Notes: generated by a model from the letters alone, not told the origin. A DNA stretch of 63,770 nt, filler included, from Choristocarpus tenellus KU-1152 (GCA_964200185.2; 10 parts of 10 records of this genome joined end to end with filler, not necessarily neighbours in it); one strand, 5' to 3'. Positions 1 to 12,582 are shown, numbered from the whole stretch's first letter. Numbers and translations are program-made.

Positions 1-44
1 CACACATAAATGAAGAAAAACAAAAAAAAAAGAGAGAGTATGAT

Positions 45-80
<36 letters not shown>

Positions 81-846
81 ACCGTCAACGATCCGGGAGG
101 AAAAAATAGATCAATCCACCGGTTTGGGCCAAAAAAATAAACGCGTCGGGGTCAGTAGGACAGTACGAGCCAAGCAGTATGAAACAGTCACCTTCCACCT
201 CCGGGGGTAAAAGATAGGATGCACTCTAAATACCACCAGCAAACTACTTAGCTTCTTGCACAACAGTGAACCATATGTATATATATTAATTATATTATAT
301 ATATATATGTTAATTACATTATATATATATATTAATTACATTATATATATATATTAATTATATCATATATATATATATTAATTATATTATATATATTGCC
401 AAATAAACGCCAATGACACTTTTTACGGAGTTTTTTTCACTTTAAAATAAAATAAAAATGGATACGGGGCGACCCACCGGAGGAGCTATGTCGACGCACC
501 CTAAAAACAACCCTAACCGTGATCAAGTCGGTCCAAGCGAATTGAACGGACTTACGATTAAGAGCGCATCAAATCAAATTATCCATCTTGTTTTGTTTTT
601 GTTTTTTTTCTAATTCGGCTCTCGAAAACTTCCGGTGTACCCTGTTCTGAATCGAACCGCGAGCGCACACACGAGCGCACGCACGATCGTGCACGTCCCA
701 AAACGTGTCGCACACAACGCAATATGGCCGCGACAAAATATGACCGAGCACCACGAGGAACTTTCAGCAGCGAATCAAATCGATCGATCGAAAATCTCAA
801 GAGTATGAGGGGGGAACAAAAAAAAAGCAACCAATAAAAAAATATA

Positions 847-909
<63 letters not shown>

Positions 910-2937
910 TTTCAATTACAGATCTCCATCAAATAAATGCTCTTTCGAACCGTTCTACAAAAAAAATTGTCACAATTTCCCAAAGCCAGAGCTTGTCATT
1001 CGCTGATCACTACGGCTGTGGGTTGCATCTGCCCATGTTTTTCACGCCTTTTATCTATGCATGACTCATTCTGGGAACCTACCATGCGCGCGTGTCCCCT
1101 CTGTGTTTGATCACGTCACACTCCTGGTCTTATCTACCGATCTGTCCGCGCCCCCAAGAAACCCTAAGCCCTAACCCTAAGCCCCTAACCCTAAGCCCTA
1201 AGCCCTATAACCCAAGACCCTAAACGACGTCCAAGTTTCCTGAAGTAAAACCCCCAAAAACAATAATCTCTCTACTTCAACTCCAAACGCCATGACAACA
1301 GGGGCAAATCACACCACTCCTACTCTAGGCAGCAACCCCAACCCTAACCCTAACCCTAACCTTAACCCCACCCCACACTGAACACCTTCCGTAATCCATC
1401 ACAACTTCTTCGGCGTGCACACAATTACGAACAAGCAGTCCCTCCTGTGAGATAAAAACACACAAACCCTGATCCCAGCCAGATCTAACCCTAATCTAGC
1501 CGTTGGTATCACTGACGAAGCACCTTCCTATCTTAAGATTCAGAACTGAACGCTGCTCTCATTCCATATTAATATTCTGGTATCAAGAACCCCTACTACT
1601 TGTAGAAGTGTATGAGACCCACCTGGTCTGGTCCAACAGCCCCCACCCCTAGAACAGTACTAACTAAGCACACGTACTTCATGACAACCCCCTCCCTGAC
1701 TGCACAGTCCTCCCTCCTGTCAACTGCTCCTACAAAAAAGTAGTGTGAGAAGTAACTGCTGTGGGAGGGGTCTGTGTTTTGACAGAGTCGAGTCTAACGG
1801 ATTTCTTCAAACGTGGTTAATAGGAGAAGAAAGACGCTTGAAAAGGAGAACTCCTGCAAAACGAAAGTAACCTCCCCGCCCAAAACAGCCAAAACGCTGC
1901 TTCGCGTCCGAGGACTGAACACTTCAAAACCTTGGGCACACAAGAAAAATCATCAAGGGCCAATAAAATCAGAGTATAGTACTCCCATCTCAGTTACTGC
2001 CGACTCTTAGTCTTGTGGCTCCTCTATAGTTAATGCTCCGTAGTAGCCAAGTAGTAAGTGCAGTACGGTATTTTGATACTTAGGGTTAGGGTTAGGGTTA
2101 GGGTTAGGGCTTACAGTGGTGCTATCTGTAAGTAAAAAAGTATTAGTTCTATTGATAAGGCACAAGACGGTACTCCGGGCAATAAAGGTGTATGCATGGA
2201 CGAACGTATCTTTCACTATGTCATTTAATTATCCACGAGGGAGATACACTCTTGTCATGCGAGCTGGGACACATCGCACCCCGTGAGGTAAGTGCTGAAA
2301 AACCAACATGCGATGCATTTCGATCAGGGCTCAGCGACTCCGAATTCCCAACACAGCACACACATTACGAAAAAAAAAACATTGAGCAGAAGGTGGCGCA
2401 GATAGGCTGTATTGTAGAGTAGTCTGTCTACAACAACAGGAAGGGCTGAAGGTGTGACATGTCAAAAGTAAACGGATTCTGAACGTTTTGCCTTTTTTTA
2501 AGTCATTTTTTTTTTTATCTTGTGTAATTCACCCTTCTTTCCATGGATGAAGCGCTGAGATTGACTTGAGAGAGTCAGTTCATCTATATTGTTTTGCACA
2601 TACTTGTCACCATCTTTAAAATACATCCCTGGGTACCTCTCGTTTACTTTGACTCTGAGCTGCCTTGCATCGTATCTACACAGATAGGAAGTGGATGCGA
2701 CGTGATACTGCCATATACTACTCTACTCTCATGTACAGAAACATGGAACATTAACCAATTCGATTCTTTAACAACTTCCGAACATTTCGCTCTCTCAGAA
2801 TGCGTTATCTCAGGAAATCCATTCAACTTTAAAATACTATTTCTTCCAGATCTAAATATATATATATTTAGATCTGCTGCATGAAACAGGCAAACACAGA
2901 CAACAGGAAGGAACCAGTTCATATAAACAACACCCAC

Positions 2938-4035
2938 CTCCGAACCGTCCTGGGCAACAGCAAATGCTGTTAGTTGAAGTCCCACCCATCCACCCTGGAG
3001 ATACTGCAGAACATCAATGGAATTGATGCATGATGACATATCGGCCCCAGCCCAAACCTTAACGCTGCAAGCGGATCCTGTCCTTGCCCCAGCAACTAGC
3101 CCCCCTGCCCCAGGCAGTGCTCCTGGCATTGTTGCTCCTGCTCCTCCAGGCGTTTGTCCTACTGATGGCCCAATCCCATCTTCTCCCCTATTGTCACCCC
3201 CACCAAGACCCACGGCAGCGGGGGAGGAGTCATCTCCGACAGTTACAACTATGTCCGTTCTATTCGATTCTGCCCCGTTTGGCGTCCACGTTGACCACCC
3301 AGATTGGCCCTGTCCCCCAGCAGTTCCCACATCACGTTTTCCTCCTCCCGCTCCTGCTATGAATGAAATTGCTTGGATTGGCCCCTGATATGCTTGCCGC
3401 TGTATCCTACCCCTAAAATGGCGGTCAGAGAGAGTAACCCGTCCAGCCTGGTCACCTGAACAGGTAGGAAAGGGAATGGGGCTTGCACTGTCAAGGAGAA
3501 CGATACGAGCATGAAAGGGCAAGAATTATCCTGTGGCCCTACTAGAGATGTAACTAAGAACATGAGCTTATCGCAAACGGTAGGAAGGTCAAACAAGGTT
3601 GGAGGGGGAAACTTTGAGACTAATCATGTCTCTTGTTGTCGTAGCTCTTCTCACCTCCGAGCTCAACCGTTGCTTGCTTGGTCAACTCCATTTCGAATAC
3701 CACAGACCCAAGGAAGCCAAAAAAGGTGTATATTCCTTATATGTCAACATTGTATTCTTTCTAATTATAAACCGATCGACGAAGTGTTGTTCACAACAAC
3801 ATTTTCCCTTGACTCGTCCAGGTGATAAACCCTACAGCTCAGAATAGCTCATCGAAAGGCCTTCTTTCTTCCCCTCTACTTGACTATCCCATCAAACACT
3901 CTCACCCAGATAGATCCGCCCTGCTGCAGTGTACATGCATGTCACCTCCGCCCCAAGTTCAAGGTTTACATCCTCTGTAAGGGTGTCCTTGTCGAAGAAA
4001 GTGAAGCGTCGCCACTGCACTTGCCGCGAAGTCAT
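2938..4035 (-). CDS. VPS11: Vacuolar protein sorting 11 (HOPS/CORVET core subunit), 5' exons only
   Basis: Exons 4035-3906 and 3455-2938, joined by a GT-AG intron, give MTSRQVQWRRFTFFDKD...VTCMYTAAGRIYLGDQAGRVTLSDR...IVVTVGDD...SVKVW...LTAFAVAQDGSE. This matches the Vps11 N-terminus (WRxFxFF; LVTVGED; LKVW). Downstream exons were not identified with confidence. Confidence 0.8.
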
Positions 4036-5269
4036 TGCCTCTCTCCAGACTAAGCAATCACAGATAAATACTTGCACGAGAAGGTTGTGAAAGAAACCTT
4101 TGAGATGCGGTGTAGCGTACGAAAAGGATTGCACGTGTTGTAGAGGTTGTGTTGGTCGATTTGGGTACTAATTTGGGAAAAGATAACTTGCACGCCGTCC
4201 TCGCCATCTCTGAAGTTTGATGTGCTGGCTCTTTTTCGTTAAATCGTACACACTTCGATGAAACAACACTCAACACTATGTTGCACCCATAACACTGGAA
4301 ATGAAAAACATACACAACACTAAAATATTCTGTTTTAGTGACACCCCAGTCCAAAACGTATACAACGCTATGTTTTGGGCGTACTCTGTGTTTTGGAAGG
4401 AACACTCAAGAAGACCAGAACATATAGGGAACACTATGTTATACTCATATCACTCGAGTCCAAAACATACACGACATGTGTTGCCATTTTAACGTAAGAT
4501 ACGTTACACAAAAACAAAAATGTATTATAATTTAATATAGTGGTATCACTTGACACTCTCCAAACCATTGTTATATGCAGCACCCCATTATGTTCTACCA
4601 TAACGCAAAATTACAAGTGATCAACACAACTAATTCAAAACACGAAATTATAAATTATACTGGCAGTTAGAAGGTGGAGGAAAGTGTTCGTGGAAGTATT
4701 GGACTTGTAGATGTCTTGTCCCTTACTTCGCAGATTCAGTTGACCTTACTCTCTCTGAGAGTAGAGAGACACATACACTGTAACCCTACTTTCGCTTCTA
4801 GCTCCCAACTACACCAGGGTCAACCAAAATTCTCACATTCCTATCTATGTAATGTACAATATTCTACTAGCTGTTCCCAAGTCCCTTTCTTTGTAGTGAA
4901 GAATGAAAGTGTTGTGTAGGCAGTAGGAAGGTCAACGCCTTTGAGGGAATGGTGAATACCTTTCCTCTTATTGTACCAACTCATTTTGACCGCACTCTGA
5001 GAATACAGACACCACACACATTCTACCCTTCCTTGCCTTCACTTCTAACTCCCGACTACTGGGTGGAGTAAAGCAAAACACTTTCGTCCCTCCTACTTGT
5101 ATGAAATTTCACCCATCATGGCGCACAACTAAACCACCGTATCCTCCTTTCCTTTTATCTAGGGATTATCCCTACCATTCAAGCTATGGAAAAAGTATTG
5201 AAGGTATATTTGAGTAGTGTCCTTCTCTTACCTAGGTGTTCCATCGGCTGACACATTCCTCACTCCTGG

Positions 5270-5340
5270 AACAGCCGATTTCAAAAAAAATTGAGGATGG
5301 AGCTTTTCATTGAGGATGGGCTTGACCCAAGATTGACTGG
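5270..5340 (+). repeat. Terminus of a high-copy repeat or transposon at the contig end
   Basis: aacagccgatttcaaaaa..ttgaggatggagcttttcattgaggatgggcttgacccaa is nearly identical to 63704-63770 and related to 9081-9132. Confidence 0.8.
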
Positions 5341-5440
5341 NNNNNNNNNNNNNNNNNNNNNNNNNNNNNNNNNNNNNNNNNNNNTTAATTAATTAANNNN
5401 NNNNNNNNNNNNNNNNNNNNNNNNNNNNNNNNNNNNNNNN
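5341..5440. other. Artificial contig spacer N44-TTAATTAATTAA-N44 (first of nine)
   Basis: The same 100-nt spacer, with stops in all six frames, occurs at 5341, 9133, 12583, 15989, 33960, 37365, 41438, 55830 and 59962. Confidence 0.98.
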
Positions 5441-6969
5441 TACAACCCCCCCCCCCCACCTCCCCCTTCCCTTCCGATTTCATGTCTTTTCCTTGATTGT
5501 TGCTTTTGTGATCAAGCAGGGTGTGTGAGGTACGCACCGAATGAAAGAGGAGAGGTGCTTGTTGTTTAGTTCATTTTTGAATTTAGGACATGGCCGGCTG
5601 TTCAATAGTTTAGTCATTTTGTGTACGCAGCTTGGAGGGAAGGAGCTGTGGGTTTGGTTATGCCTACAGTGAAATCGCTTCCCTACCTAGGAAATGGAAT
5701 GGGATATTTATCAAAGGACTTGGTTTTAATGCAAACAGTAGAATTTTTAATCGAAGTATGGAACAGTGGTCCTATTTAAAACAGCCCATCCAACAACCAA
5801 ACTTCTTAAAAAAAATCATGATCCTTCACAGAAGGTATAGAATGGGATCTATCCTTTCATCCATCGACTGGAGTATGATAGAGTTGAGTCCAATGTTCCC
5901 CTCTTGCAATGATCGATCCCAATGCAGCACTTAAACTTGTGTGTGTGCGTCGAATTCGGTTTTATGTGCAGTGACATTGTTGCAATGTGTGATTCACCTC
6001 CCTCAGAGTGAACAGCCTGTCTGTATGTTTTGAACTGGAACTGGTGGGATGCAAAAAAATCCTTCCCAGAAAATACAAGCAATGAGACAGAACACGAGTC
6101 AGGGTGGTAGCATCTAGACAAATATATGCATTGAATATTAATGGATTGCAGATCAGACAGACGTTGTTATGCGTGTAATTCATTATTGTTTTGGTCATTG
6201 TGAAGAGATTCACCTTTTGTAAATTGGAACCACGATGTCTGTCCCCAGGAGGGGGATAGGTTCGGAGACTAGTGAGAGGGGTTGAAGGCAACTCTTTTGA
6301 ACAAAAATATTGAGGACGTCAAAGCATCCCACTAAAAAGAAAAACTGACCAGTATCACGTAAACCTTGAATTGACCTCCAGTGGGGACTCAGGACTCAGG
6401 CATATTGGGAATCCTATCCTTCCCGTCTTGTTTGGGAATGTCGAGTCTTCCATGAATGTTAAGATTGTGCCTGATCCCATCCCTTCCCGCTGCCACTTTG
6501 AACTACTTCGCTTCCAATCCCTCCCTTTGCCCCGTCCTTAACAGAAACAGTACCAGCCTTTTACATACCCCTACTATTATTTCTGTTACCATGATGTGAC
6601 AGGCAGAATGGACGTATTAGGGGCATCTTCTTGCACTTGCAGATCCTCATCTGATTCATTTTCCACTCCTGAGAAAATAGATGAGGAAAAAGAATCCTTA
6701 TACGTGTACTGTAGTGCATACACAGGCCTTTTTTCTGGGCTGCACCTTAAACTGATATCATGTTGTCCGTCACTCAGAAGTCTAGTCATGTGATCGAAGT
6801 CTAAGATGTTGCAATTGAAACAAGAAGGATAGTTTTTTTTTATCATCTCACAAAACCTGACCCTGACATCTACAGGTTGCATTGAAACCATACTAATCTT
6901 TCACATTCCTTTCTAATATATAACACACATACACACAGGTATCTACAGCACACCAACAACATAGGCACA

Positions 6970-8441
6970 TCAGGGTGAAGGTTGGTCCCTAACAAGTCTT
7001 CTGAGAGTAGCATCTTCATACAAATCCAAAAGCTCTGAGCAGACAAACTCTACATCATCGTCCCTTGCATCAAACATTCGCCACCATGGTTGTGCCCCTT
7101 CCTCGCCCTTTTTCCCTTTACCAGTTCCCCCACTTTCCCTTCCGCTAGCATCTACTACTTTCCCATCCCTTTCTGAAGTCCAACTTGCAAACCCAGCCTC
7201 ACCTCCCCCACAAGTTGAGACAGGCTCTAGCATAAGCCTGTTCACTACGGCAGGGTCCTGCCTTTGGGTCTCAATCAATGCACTGGCCCCAAGCTCTACC
7301 TCGGTCCCAGGACTAGGACCAGACCCTCCATCCATCGAGATTCCCGCTCCCTCCGTTTTCCCATTCTCCTCTATTGTACGTTCTTTCACAGCAACGGAAA
7401 ATTCTCTGAGCCTCTTCCTGTCGCTATGTAAGCAAGCGGATAGGTAGAGTGCGGCGCAGACGAGGGTCTGAGGAGGTGCAGTGAGGACGCGTGGGCAGAA
7501 AAGAGTATCGTTCAACAATCCCCACGCTGTGCGCACAACAGGTGGTGAGCAGCGCAGAGATCGGGCATAGTTGAGCAGTAGGCGGTAAGGGTCCGGGACG
7601 TCCAGCTGAAAATTGATGGTGCGAAGAAGGACCTGCTCGAACTCCACGATCTTCTCCTTCTTACTCCAGTACGCCTTAAAGCAGTCGCAGAAAATTGCAC
7701 GGGGTTGGCAGAAGTTAGGGAGGAACTTCAACAGAATGATACCACACCCATAGCCTGTCTGTTGTCACCCCTTACGAGACTTGGTCACCTACTTGAAGGA
7801 AACACTTCTTCCTACAGGCAACGTGGCTTCTGCATGTTTGGGTCGGACCTGATCGAGTGGAGGAGGCTGGTCCTTGTTTTGGGAAGTCAACATATGAAGT
7901 ACGTTGATCACATCGCGAAGACGCCGTGGGGCCTCCGTTACCTTGCCAGCTAGAAACAAGCATGTGGTCAGGATCAGGTCTCTGCTACTTTGGTACTTTG
8001 TGACGCGCTCGAGAATGAGGAATCTGTGAAAGAGGACAATCGAAGTCGACGTCGTCTCCTGCACAAGTGCAAGGGGTGGTGAAAGGATCTGGTCAAGGAG
8101 AACAGGTGTAATACAAGAACAAGAGTAAGGTTGACGAACTCGCTTGTTCTGCCCACCTGCTGAACATCGGATCAAGAGTCCAATCATGAGGTAGGAGAAG
8201 AAGAACACGTACACAATTGCAAGAAGCCTTGCCTTAACCTCAGCGAAGCTGGGAGCGGAAGTAAAAGTATCATCAAAACATGCATCAAGACCTGGGTGTA
8301 GCGAAGTCGATAACCAGCGCAGAACAAGAGTTTGGTCCACTCCAACCTAAGAAGGGCGTCATCACGATCTTGTGAATCGTAATGTTGGATGGGAGGTATT
8401 CCAAGAGCCGGGGCCATACTATGCTGCGAAGAGGCGTCCAT
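6970..8441 (-). CDS. Transcriptional cyclin, cyclin L/Q (FAM58)-like, complete
   Basis: Exons 8441-8292, 8058-7849 and 7674-6970 (GT-AG, phase 0). Cyclin box motifs: TSIVLFHRF, TCLFLAGKVTEAPRRLRDVINV, EQVLLRTINFQLDVPDPYRLLLNY, AWGLLND; C-terminal PWWRMFD. Confidence 0.88.
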
Positions 8442-9080
8442 GTTCAAAATTTCCTATCCTATTTATTGGGCAGTCTACCCAAGTGAGGGATTGGGTGTTG
8501 GGTATATTGTGTGAACATAATATAATGAGTGTGGGAGAGAGGTGAAAAGAGCTGGTGTATGGTTCTTTGTGCTGGGCGGTTGACTGGCTAACTTCAAAAC
8601 CAGAACTTTCAATTCAAATATTCCCATCTGATGCCCGGACCAGTCCCACAAATATTTATGATGTCCTAGTCTATGTCCACTTCGTACTGAACGTACCACG
8701 TCCACCAGCGAGATCCTGTCTAACATTCTCTAAAATGTCTGGACCGTGTCAGGTACTGTACCGGTCCATGTCCTTTGCCCAAACCAGGTCTATCTTTCTC
8801 TAACATGTACAGACCATGTTCACTACTACTACTGGGAAATTGAACTGGTCCCTGTCGGCAGGCAGCCAGACTAACGTTTTTCTGCCATGCCTAGCCATGG
8901 ATGGGTGCCTGCCCAGTCTAACCTTTTCTGGCATATCCGGACCATGTCCACAAAGTGTTGTACTAGTCCAACAATGAAATATGTATGTGTGTGTTGAAGG
9001 TTAACCTATACTCGAGTACATACATTATTTCAAATCATATATATGTGGACTTTGTTTGGAAATCGTGAACACATACATAT

Positions 9081-9132
9081 AACAGTGGATTTTAAAAATT
9101 GAGGATGGAGCGTACTATTGAGGATGGTTTTG
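9081..9132 (+). repeat. Diverged copy of the contig-end repeat terminus
   Basis: aacagtggattttaaaaattgaggatggagcgtactattgaggatgg has the same doubled attgaggatgg motif as 5270 and 63704. Confidence 0.7.
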
Positions 9133-9232
9133 NNNNNNNNNNNNNNNNNNNNNNNNNNNNNNNNNNNNNNNNNNNNTTAATTAATTAANNNNNNNNNNNN
9201 NNNNNNNNNNNNNNNNNNNNNNNNNNNNNNNN

Positions 9233-11483
9233 CAACTTGAGTTCCTTTACTATTCTTCTCGGGACACATGTTGCTTGGCCCGTCGTAATTACCCTCCACC
9301 TCTTTCCCTCTCTAAATGTCATCAGTGGGGCATCAGGGGGGCGTTCTGGGAGCATTCCATAATTGCTAATACCACCTCAAAACCTCCCATAGCATCTTCT
9401 CTTTTTCTTCACCTTTTTCAAACCTTGACAACTCTCCTCCCTTCCTGCCCTGGTCTCCCTTTGACCCTGTGAACGTTACCTCCGCTTTTTCTGCTTGGCA
9501 TCTATCCTTCCACCTTAGTCTCTCCACCCCCCTCCTTCATTCTACGTCCTTCCTCCTTACCATAAATTCTATATGCATTCCCCCCCCTTCCTCATAAGCC
9601 CATGACTCCGATACTATTGCTGCTAGGAAGAAAACGAGAAACCTAATCCTAGCCGTGTTAATTCACCCTCTCTTCCTAACATTTCAATACAGTGCTTTGT
9701 TTCTTCAACCATTCTCCCTGTCAGGGGTCTCCTCTTCTTAGGCTGGCTGCCTGTTTTTGTGTGTCTCCTTCCCATCCCCTTCAGCACTGAGTGAATCACG
9801 AACTGCTGCGTGGGAAGTTGGAAGTTCATAGTTTTTTGTGGTAATACTGGATTGCTATAATCTTACCCTTTAATGTATCTACTTGGTTTGCCTTCTTTCC
9901 AGAACAATTGCACATGAACTCTGCTAGACTAGAGCCTTCACTACTTCCAATTCTTGATTTCTGGGGTCTAACCACAGGGTCAATCCTCTACGTGTACGGA
10001 ACTCAGATCGCTGCTCCCAAGCTGTCTCATAACATTTCTGAGTAGTTGGTGCAACCACTCCTCTGGCGTTCAGGGCTGGAAGGCACTCAAAACATCATCT
10101 CCCTTTCCCGACCCCGGGACTGTTGTTCCTGGCATTCAACACGTAGACAAACATGTTGGAGGATAGATTGAACCTTGTCCCTATCTCATCTTGATATACC
10201 ATCTGCCAAATCATTCCTCTTCCCTGCAACGTGTTCTGCTGCAAACGACCATTCCCCTGAGATCTCCAACGCGCCTATCGCCCTCATCAATCCATCTGCC
10301 CTCCTATCTCTTGCCCCCCCACACCTACGGAACCATTGCACTGCAGAGTTGTCCTCTTTTAGCAGCACTGGGTCTCCCTTTTTTTTCGCCCTTCCCCCTA
10401 TTTTCACAACTAATAGCCACACATTCACTACCATCCCCAACAATTCCAGTACATTGATTGATATACTCCCTCCCTCTCCCTCGATCACACTTCGTATAAT
10501 ATCCTTCTTCACACACTCTGCATACCTCCATCACGTACCCGTCTCCATCTTGTACCCCCCTACTGCTGTAAAGCACGCATTTGAATACCGTGTCGTCACT
10601 GGTGGTCTTAACAAAAATCCCATAAAGAGGGAACTCAGATTACCCCCTTTCTCTGCCAGGTCTCTTTCTACCACCCACCCCCACCAATACAAGGGTCTTC
10701 AGGAAGACTTGTCCTTAAATTCCTTACCTATCCTGATCTCTCTATTTCCTTCCCTCACTCTCTCACTCTGTCCCGCTAGACAACCCCCACTAGCTATCCT
10801 TCTCAACCAACCCCTCTTCTGGTGCAGCCCTGACAGATAAACCAGCCACCAAAGAAAACATCTCCCTGAGCGTATGACATACGACAATAACCACACATCT
10901 CTCATTCTGGCTACCGACCTCAATTCTGGCCACTCTTCTAGCAATACCTTTAGCCCCTTCAACTTTCCGCCTGGTAAAGCAATTATCTTTGTCTCAGTGT
11001 CTATCCTCCATCCCACCACTACCTGTGTGGTATGCTAACCTTTCAATTTTTTCTCTGACAAGATGGGGGGCTCCTCTGCCTTTCTCTGGCCCAGCAATCG
11101 TATATGATCAGAACCTAAAAGAGTTTGTGGCCAACTTCAATCTTCTCCCATCCTCAAACCATTGGGAATATACTAGAATACTTTCATCGACATATATTCT
11201 TGCAAAAAAAGGGTCTACCTCCCTCCTAACCCTCTGCTGAGAATGCCCAACTCCTACAGCAATTCCTTCGGCTACCTTGATTACTACTGCCGATTGGGTG
11301 TCTCTGTGTGACAGTGGGAGAATTCTAAGGCGTTTGCCACCAGGTCCCACCATCCTGGGCTATTCTTCCAACCACATTGGAGCCTAAAGTCAATCACTAT
11401 AAGATCTTCCACACAATACCCAAACCTCGCTGCCCCCTTTGGTACCACTGGTACTTGGCAAAAAGCATCTCTAACATCCATCA
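9233..11483 (-). mobile_element. Decayed DIRS-like tyrosine-recombinase retrotransposon (RT, RNase H, YR)
   Basis: RT motifs DVRDAFCQVP, DFRLQCGWKNSPGWW and IYVDE (~11480-11100). DIRS-type RNase H INVLELLG..EDNSAV..EHVAGKRNDLADGISR (10512-10186). YR-like HSVLKGMGR..KKRRPLT and VTFTGSKGDQGRKG (~10050-9240). Many stops and frameshifts. Confidence 0.82.
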
Positions 11484-12582
11484 TGTTAAAACATGGGCTA
11501 CTCATTTGTTTCTTGTTGATATGATACACAAATACTACCAGCTGTACTGACTGTTGATTGGTGCACTGTACTGGTTGTTAGTGTCATTTATTTATTGTGC
11601 ATTCCAACTCATCATCACATCGATGACAGTAGATAGAAGTATAGCATCAGTTGATATTCAGTTGACCCACATCACATACAGGAACATCATAGCACACGTC
11701 ATCTAAGTTACTTCGGAACTTGCGTGCAACTCACCCGATTCATGGCCAACCCTTCTCAACCTCACCTTATTGCCGCGAAACGAGTACTCCGCTACCTTCG
11801 GTGCTCCTTACTTTTCCCTCAGATACTCATCCACTCCTCCCGAATCCCCCACCCCGCATGGCTACGCCGACGCTAGCTACGCAAGTGATCCCGCGTCCTA
11901 CCGCTCCACTTCAGGCTACATCTTCATGCTGAAAGGAGGATCTGTCACCTGGTCGAGCAAGAAGCAGTCAATGGTCTCCCTGTCCACTACAGAGAGTGAA
12001 AGTCATGCCCTAAGCTTTGCAGCTCAAGAAGCACACCACCTTCGCAGCCTACTCTCCTCGCTCGGATTCGATGCCAAGACCCCACTGATCCTACATGAGG
12101 ATAACCAAGGCACCATGCACCTGGCCAACAACCTGGCCTACAGCCCACGCACGAAACACTTCGGGGTTCGCCTCGCCTTCCTCCGGGAAACTGTCGCTTC
12201 TGGCATCGTTCGTGTTGTTCACATCTGCACCAAGGAACAACTTGCAGCATTCGGACCAAGAACCTGCAACGCGTTCGATTTGAATACCTTCGTTCAAGAC
12301 TTCTCACCACCGCCAAGGACATTGATTCTTAGACTTCAGTTTGTTTTTTTCCCTTGGTTCTTCATTCCGCATTCTTTTTTGTAGTTGTGTGTGCATTTGT
12401 TTTTTCCATTCCCTTAGTTTTCTTCTTTTTTGTGTTCTCTTTTGTTCGTCGCCCGTACGTCACACTCCATCAACAGTATTCCACTTCTTTCAGTCGGGGG
12501 AAGGTGTTAAAACATGGGCTACTCATTTGTTTCTTGTTGATATGATACACAAATACTACCAGCTTGTACTGACTGTTGATTG
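11484..12582 (+). mobile_element. Internally deleted Ty1/Copia LTR retrotransposon (LTR, RT C-terminus/RNase H, PPT, LTR)
   Basis: The LTR start tgttaaaacatgggctactc occurs at 11484 and 12505 and is identical apart from one indel over the ~78 nt available. The polypurine tract gggggaagg precedes 12505. Copia motifs: LTRFMANPSQPHLIAAKRVLRYL and GYADASYA..RSTSGYIF..WSSKKQSMVSLSTTESE..EDNQG..RTKH. Confidence 0.92.

Noticed and set aside
1624-1730. Possible further minus-strand exon (AVDRREDCAVREGVVMKYVC..) with ag/gt borders
   Set aside because: The phase does not fit VPS11 exon 2 and there is no recognisable similarity.
3017-3388. Pro-rich + strand ORF
   Set aside because: Antisense shadow of the Gly-rich VPS11 exon.
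5385-5396. Regularly recurring TTAATTAATTAA palindrome inside N runs, superficially array-like
   Set aside because: It is an artificial concatenation linker. Gene neighbourhoods across these gaps (e.g. LIG1 next to retroelements) are not evidence of a system.
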